Assembly: GCF_006345805.1 (NCBI RefSeq)
Contig: NW_021825451.1
Span: 1 to 15,422 of the forward strand
Direction: 5' to 3'
Length of the DNA stretch: 15,422 bases
Source: Octopus sinensis
Taxonomy: Eukaryota
Below the pieces are notes generated by a model. The model searched no databases and was not told the origin of the DNA. It saw nothing but the letters and a program-made list of their open reading frames with translations. Position 1 is the stretch's first letter; each line of letters begins with the position of its first letter. A program made the translations under genes and the position numbers. Below, in pieces: positions 9,288-15,422 of this stretch.

Positions 9288-9760
9288 CCCCCCCCCACAC
9301 ACACTCACATACACATATATATATGAAGAAAATGTCATCACCAAAAGATTATGATATATTTATTGCCTTAAAAGTGGAGCTATATCGGTAATGTTGATTA
9401 TTCGTCCGAGTTGGTCCGGACGGCTGACTACCCGACCGGTAGAGCAGTAAACCTATCTTGTTATCTTGCAATGTCTGAGACGTGACAGTTAGCGAGCGGA
9501 CTGGGGTAGAGGGCTTAGGAATCTAGTTGGTGGGTGGTTGAAACTGTAGTGACTAGGTAGGAAGAGGGTATGTTAGAGAGAGATAGAGAAGAAGCTAGAC
9601 GTACAAATTCCAATACACCTTGAATTAACTTAGGTGGTAAGGGGGGCTAAGGGAACTTTTGAATAATCCTGTATTATCCCCAAACAAAACAACGGTCACG
9701 CTCGGAAAGGCTTTTACCATATTTCGGCTCGATCTGCGAAAGTAGAATGCTAACAACAGC

Positions 9761-9985
9761 TGGCAGAAACGTTAGCACGCCGGGCGAAATACTGAGCGGT
9801 ATTTCGTATGCCGCTACGTTCTGAGTCCAAATTCCGCCGAGGTCAACTTTGCCTTTCATCCTTTCGGGGTCGATTAAATAAGTACCAGTTACGCACTGGG
9901 GTCGATATAATCGACTTAATCCCTTTGTCTATCCTTGTTTGTCCCCTCTATGTTTAGCCCCTTGTGGGGCAATAAAGAAATAAGG
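9761..9985 (+). mobile_element. Near full-length SINE family A
   Basis: Head tggcagaaacgttagcacgccggg, B box gagtccaaattcc (9823-9835), core gcctttcatcctttcggggtcgat...gtaccag and tail ...ccccttgtggggcaataaagaaataa. It has a 9-bp TSD aacaacagc at 9752-9760 and 9986-9994. Confidence 0.92.
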
Positions 9986-9996
9986 AACAACAGCAC

Positions 9997-10225
9997 AAGC
10001 CAATAAAGGAGCTTCTACGTGGCCGTTCTATCTGTTAAAGATAGATGTTAAATATTCTTCAAATTACGCTCCAATAACTTACAAAAGAGGTATGTTCGAT
10101 AATGTGGTCATGAGTTTCCTACTTATGGGAACAAGATGGGATGGTCACAGCTAGAACGATTTACTTATGAACCTGCACACACAAGGTTGACCAGTGACTA
10201 AGCTACAACAACAACAACAACAACA
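9997..10225 (+). mobile_element. Family D retroposon-like repeat ending in (CAA)n
   Basis: Begins agccaataaagga, as does the copy at 11694; contains gatgggatggtcacagctagaa and ends in caacaacaac. Confidence 0.6.
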
Positions 10226-10234
10226 GCAGCAGCA

Positions 10235-10808
10235 GTGGAGGCGCAATGACCCAGTGGTTAGGGCAGTGGACTCGCGGTTGTAAGAACGCAGTTTTGATTC
10301 CCAGACAGGGCATTGTGAGTGTTTATTGAGCAAAAACACCAAAGCTCCACGAGGCTCCGGCGGGGGGTGGGGTGAACCCCGCTGTACTCTTTCACCACAA
10401 CTTTCTCTCACTCTTTCTTCCTACTTCTGCCACAAAGCAGAGGAACCATGGTGTAACCTACTATGGGGTGGTAAACTTTCAGACCCTAGTATAGATTGCG
10501 AATCACCTGTACCCCGATGGTTCAGCTCTCCACTCATTAAAAGCCACCGTTTACGGAATGAGGATAACAACGTAGCCTTCGCGCCCGTGCAACCGCCAGT
10601 CTATCGCGTGTGGTAGGTGGATCTTCAAGTTGCCACACGCACTCTTAGTAGCTTAGAGTAGGCTCTAATTAGAGATTACTCTTTGTGGCTAATGGCGTGA
10701 GTCCTGATTGGAAGAAGAAGAAGAAGAATAAGAAGAAGAAGAGAAGAAGAAGAAGAAGAAGAAGAAGAAGAAGAAGAAGAAGAAGAAGAAGAAAAAGAAG
10801 AAGAAGAA
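10235..10808 (+). mobile_element. Full-length tRNA-derived SINE family C with a long 3' domain and (GAA)n tail
   Basis: A box TGACCCAGTGG (10247-10257), B-box-like GTTTTGATTCCC (10291-10302) and (GAA)n at ~10711-10808. It has a 13-bp TSD aacagcagcagca at 10222-10234 and 10809-10821. Confidence 0.8.
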
Positions 10809-10959
10809 AACAGCAGCAGCAACATCATGAACAACAACAATAATGAAATTTTCTCGATTATTCTTTCATTTAATTTCATGTGTGTATTTTGTAGAATTGC
10901 ATGCAACCTTAGAAACTGATTGGACTAAACAGGGAAGTGCATAGAATGTAGAATAAATT

Positions 10960-11541
10960 CAATTTCCGGAAAGAGTGGAAAAGTTTAAAAGTTCGGGTTT
11001 CCTTCGGCGCCGCTTGCACATCATCAACAGAGAACAGAAGAAATCGAAGGAGTTAAGCACCTGACCGAAATTAGAAGAAGTCGATGTCAAATGGAAGTGG
11101 TAAAAGGATTCTATGATAATAGAGAGATCAATTAAAGGGAAGATAATAACGATTGTGTTGATCGCCGATGTGACATATATTATCTAAGGGAACAAAAACG
11201 AACATACATACATGGTCGTAGCGGCGAGCATAAATGCTAATATTTATACTTACACATTAACAACGCAGGTACACAAGTTATCATACAGGCAAAAACATAC
11301 ACGTCTATCGAGGTGAAGAAGCAAAAGCACTGAAGATGTGCCGGGAAATGTGGACTGTACAGTCGTACTGGGGCTTCGAATTAGAAGTGATTGAGGCAGA
11401 TATTCATGCCATTAGGGCAGAGGTTCCTAAGATGGAAAATGAGTCGTTGTTCCTGAAGTTGTCTAGTCTTCCTATCGTCACCGTAACTGGAGTACCGCAG
11501 ACAGAAAGATGGTGAAAGGAATGACTAGGTGATCTGAAGAG
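10960..11541 (-). mobile_element. Decayed Penelope-like element 3' end (GIY-YIG C-terminus plus putative pLTR)
   Basis: The minus strand reads LFRSPSHSFHHLSVCG, a frameshift, then RQLQEQRLIFHLRNLCPNGMNICLNHF* (stop 11383-11381). This matches the HF....HS...L.V.G...R...EQ.LIF.L.TL.P.GLN ending of PLE endonucleases. The downstream extent is approximate. Confidence 0.75.
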
Positions 11542-11668
11542 TCAAGTTATTATTACTGTGAGGATACAAGAGGCATTGTTAAAAGATAAATATTCTATAA
11601 CGAATATATTTTAAAAGTTAGTTTTGCTACTATTTGATAAAACAGTATTATGCCCAACATTTTAAAGC

Positions 11669-11700
11669 ATTGGCTCGTCCATAAATATGGACGAGCCAAT
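11669..11700. repeat. Perfect hairpin/palindrome, 15-bp arms with a 2-nt spacer
   Basis: attggctcgtccata AA tatggacgagccaat. Confidence 0.95.
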
Positions 11701-11900
11701 AAAGGAACCTCTATGTGGTAGCTCGACATGTTAGAATTAGCAACTAAATCTTATTCAAACAATATCCTGCTATTTTAAAAGAAAGAAGGTTATATTAAAT
11801 AAAGTGCCCAAGGCACACTATTTTTTAAGATAAAGGGCGGAGTGATTACGGATGGAACGCCTTCGATCAGAGTTGTACTGGAGCTAGAGAATAACAATAT
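11693..11900 (+). mobile_element. Family D repeat, diverged copy
   Basis: gagccaataaaggaacctctatgtggtagctcgacatgttagaattagc... aligns by eye with 9997-10060 and ends in ataacaat. Confidence 0.6.
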
Positions 11901-11911
11901 CATTATAAAAC

Positions 11912-12283
11912 AGGCATGGCTGTGTGGTTGTGTGGTTAAGAAGCTCGCTTTGCAACCAGGTGGTTTCGGTTTCAGTCCCACTGCGAGTATCAATGCTTTG
12001 AGAATGAGTTTGGTTACCGGAAAATGTGTGCAAGTCCGTTGCATATATATATATGTATGTTCGTGTGTGTATGTGTGCATGTTTGTGTGTGTATATGTGT
12101 GTGTGTGTGTTTGCGTGCGTGGATGTGTATACGTCTTTGTGTTTTGTCACTTCAGCTTGACGGTCGGTGTTGGTTTATTTATGTCCCCGTAACCAAGCGC
12201 TTCAGCAAAAGAGACCGAGAGAATAAGTATTGAATAAAAAAAAAAAAAGTACTGGGGTCGATTCCTCCGACTAAAACCCTTCT
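11912..12283 (+). mobile_element. tRNA-derived SINE family B with an internal (TA)/(TG) microsatellite
   Basis: A box TGGCTGTGTGG (11917-11927), B-box-like GGTTTCAGTCCC (11968-11979) and a microsatellite at ~12043-12130. The 3' half matches 8274-8390(-). Confidence 0.8.
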
Positions 12284-12544
12284 GTTTTAGTTTCTCATTT
12301 AATTTGTTTTCAAATGAAATGTTGGATGTAAAACAAGATTCTGGATAAAACAATAATAATAACATTTCATTTCGGATACCTGTATGATTATTTGATATAC
12401 ATTTCCATTCCATTTATTCTGATTATAAATTTAACCACGCACCAATGCAGGTGAAGAAAATAAATCACTTGACGTTTCGGTGATAGACCTACCCATCAGT
12501 GTCTGACCAACACATGTTTGTCCCTGTTGACTTTTGATAACAGT

Positions 12545-12645
12545 GGGAACAGTCGATTACATCGATCTCAACACTTGATCGGTATTTTCTTCTCGATATT
12601 TATAGAAGGATAAACAGCTAAGTCTATCATGACAAAATTCACTTT
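12545..12645 (-). mobile_element. Old degenerate SINE family A core
   Basis: gtcgattacatcga...ggtatttt...gaaggataaacagctaagtc aligns loosely with 13422-13500. Confidence 0.5.
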
Positions 12646-13104
12646 GTTTACCTGTTAATTAAGAAGGAAGTGTTGTGCCTATTACTCTTACAGGTAGTTT
12701 AAGGTGTCTGATATACAAGGGCGAATGCGTTCTCTCACTTTCCAGCTCACAGAGAAGGGTGACATGTAGCATCTGATCCCACCTTACCATCGTCTGTCAT
12801 TCGAACCTTAGCGTATCCCAAGACCCTGATGCCCATTTACATCACTGCTTACAGGGACTTCGGGAATGGTGAAAGGGAGAAAGGAAGGAGGATATCCTCA
12901 AACTGGAGACTTGGCACGAAAGCTTGCACCAGTGTGCTAAAGGCACTCAACGTGCCAAGCGGTGGTGTTAAACCGGGTAGCGGATTAAGTCTGTCACCTT
13001 TGTAGCTCATGGTGGGATTCGAATTCAGAATACAAAGAACCATTATAAATATCGACGTTCTTACAGTTCTACCTATCCATTTCCGTTTTTCTTTTATTGT
13101 CCCT

Positions 13105-13627
13105 GAGAAAAAACGAAAGGTAAATTTTGATTTCTGCGGGAGCTGAACTTAGAACGTAGAACGTAGAGAATCGCATTCTTATTTCTTTATTGCTCACAAG
13201 GGGCTAAACATATATGGTACAAACAAGGACAAAAGGTTAAGTCGATTACATGAACCCCAGTGCGTAACTGGTACTTAATTTATCGACTCGGAAAGGATGA
13301 AAGGCAAAGTCGACCTCGGTGGAATTTGAACTCAGAACGTAAAGACAGACGAAATACCTATTTCTTTATACTACAAGGGGCTAATCACAGAGAGGACAAA
13401 TAAGGAGAAACAAAGGGATTAAGTCGATTACATCGACCCCAGTGCGTAACTGGTACTTAATTTATCGACCCCGATAGGACGAAAGGCAAAGTCGACCTCA
13501 GCGGAATTTGAACTCAGAACGTAACAGTAGACGAAATACAGCTACGCATTTCGCCCGGCGTGCTAACGTTTCTGCCAGCTCGTCACATTCTGTTCGGCGC
13601 TCTAACGACTCTATCAATTCACCGCCT
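13105..13627 (-). mobile_element. Older SINE family A copy interrupted by a younger dimer
   Basis: The head aggcggtgaattgatagagtcgttagagcgccg (13627-13595) continues after the insert as acgttctaagttcagctcccgc...acctttcgtt (13170-13105). Confidence 0.7.
13180..13582 (-). mobile_element. Head-to-tail SINE family A dimer
   Basis: Monomer 1 (13582-13359) has head, core and tail; monomer 2 (13358-13180) lacks the first part of the head. A single TSD, tcgcattct (13171-13179) / tcacattct (13583-13591), encloses both. Confidence 0.88.
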
Positions 13628-13675
13628 AAATTTGAACCAAAAACACAAAATGCCACAAGCAGGGAACACAAGGCG

Positions 13676-13933
13676 GATCTTGTTAAATTTCTTTCAACCG
13701 ATTGGAGTACTTCAAATTTTCGTAAGATTAAAAAAAAAAAAAAAAAAAAAAAATTCTTCACTGATACACTTTGCATTCTGATGACAAAAATCATATTTTG
13801 TATTTTTTCTTGAAATTAATGAGATTTTCAGTATCAACACGCAAAAAAAAAATACCGAAACTACATTTTTCTGAAAATAATCTTGTGTAAATTTGAAATA
13901 CTTCAAGTGGTTGAAATAAATTTAGCAAGATCT
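13676..13933. mobile_element. MITE with long TIRs and a 9-bp TSD (Mutator/MULE-like)
   Basis: 55-bp inverted arms at 13676-13730 and 13878-13932 match at 46/55. The flanking direct repeat is cacaaggcg (13667-13675) / cacaaggtg (13934-13942), and the interior is AT-rich and non-coding. Confidence 0.75.
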
Positions 13934-13961
13934 CACAAGGTGTTTTGTCCAACGATTTAAC

Positions 13962-14040
13962 GATCGATCCATCGATCGATCCATTCATCCATCATCCATC
14001 CATCCATCATCCATCCATCCATCCATCCATCCATCCATCC
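13962..14040. repeat. (CCAT)n microsatellite
   Basis: Direct reading. Confidence 0.9.
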
Positions 14041-14744
14041 CCTGACTCTCCCCCCCTCGTTCCCTAACTCCCCTCCTTCCCCGTTATCTCTCCACCCATC
14101 CACACTTCACTTGGTGCGTAACACTTTCGATTTTCATTTTTGAAATATTTTATTTTCCCGCTGTAGTTTTTTTCTATATTTCAGTAAGTTCCAAACAACT
14201 TAATCCAATATTGATGCATTGAATGTAACCTTAAACACTAAAGCAGAACCATTTTTCTTACTGAAAGAGCACAAAGAACACAAGAGAACATCCGCAATTG
14301 AGAGCAGAGAAGCCATCAAACGACCCATCTCCATCAACACATCCTTGTTCAGGTGTGTCTTTCCAAGTACTTCTATTTACTTATCTCGTCATTGACCACA
14401 TAAGAACGAACGACAAATTGTATGACCTTCGAGTCGAGTTTGAACCCATTATAGAATGTGTGAAGGTGGTGGGGAACAAAAAAAAATAAGTGATGAAATG
14501 CTGTAAAGTCTGGTGGCTTTCTCCTCCTCCTCCTCTCTCGCTCTCTTTCTTTTTCTTTTTTTTTTCTTTCTTTCTCCTGTTTCTATTGAATCAAACCAAA
14601 TGTCACCAATTTTGAAGTAACGGCAACATAACAAAAGGATGTTTGAAAGAGGCCAAAATATCAAGCGAGATCTTTTATATGTAAACACACGTTCAGACAC
14701 AGGAACATTCTCAAAGGTATACAGACAACACGAACGCACACACA

Positions 14745-14765
14745 TACATACGTGAATATATATAA

Positions 14766-14801
<36 letters not shown>

Positions 14802-15173
14802 CTATATATCCATATATACTTGTGTACTATACGTGTATATATACATACATTATAGTATATGCATATACATATATCTTATACTATATGTATATACATGCAT
14901 ATATATATATATATACACATATATATATATCCATATATACTTGTGTACATATACGTGTATATATACATACACATATGTATATGCATATACATATATACTT
15001 ATATATATATGTATATACATGCATATATATATATACATACCTACATACTTGTATATGTAAATATATATGTGTATTTACACATATATACATCTATATATGT
15101 ATATATACTTATATACATATGTATATATATATACACGTATATAAACACACATACATACACATACATACATACA

Positions 15174-15205
<32 letters not shown>

Positions 15206-15275
15206 CATTCACACACGTATGTATTTACACGTACACATATATACGTATATACTGCTGCGAATGTATATACATATC
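14745..15275. repeat. Compound (TA)n/(CATA)n microsatellite
   Basis: Direct reading; explains the ORFs at 14822-15347. Confidence 0.9.
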
Positions 15276-15368
15276 CATTTTAAGTTTCAATATCGTGTAA
15301 ATCAAACAGATTACATCTTTTATTTTTACTTAGTACATTTGAAGTAACTGTTTTGCGATATTCTGGGT

Positions 15369-15422
<54 letters not shown>
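15369..15422. repeat. (TA)n microsatellite running off the window end
   Basis: Direct reading. Confidence 0.95.

Noticed and set aside
10676-10906. Poly-Ser/Leu signal-peptide-like ORF
   Set aside because: Antisense of the (GAA)n tail.
13180-13582. CRISPR-like or LTR-like direct repeats
   Set aside because: The units are ~180-220-bp SINE monomers without unique spacers, cas genes or TG..CA ends.
13778-13815. CTGATGA...GAAA hammerhead candidate inside the MITE
   Set aside because: The flanks are AT-rich with no credible stems I/III or cleavage triplet; likely chance.

Overview
AT-rich eukaryotic, non-genic DNA packed with microsatellites and nested transposon remnants. It is most likely a coleoid cephalopod (Octopus-like), inferred from repeat families I recall rather than from a search. 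I see no host protein-coding gene, rRNA, true tRNA or CRISPR array, and most ORFs in the track are translations of simple repeats. The real coding remnants are an internally deleted mariner transposase (7844-8154), the 3' end of an RTE-clade LINE (8767-9287) and frameshifted Penelope-like GIY-YIG endonuclease remnants that are invisible or unrecognisable in the ORF track (4320-4920, 11381-11541, probably 7223-7545). Around them lie several tRNA-derived SINE families (labelled A, B, C here), many with clear target-site duplications (TSDs). There are also two MITE-like elements, a recurring (CAA)n-tailed repeat (family D) and several palindromes. The most notable points are modular head/core/tail shuffling among the SINEs, a TSD-bounded SINE dimer nested in an older copy of its own family, a SINE with a long fold-back 3' domain, and a Mutator-like MITE. 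I cannot support a new cellular system from this sequence alone.
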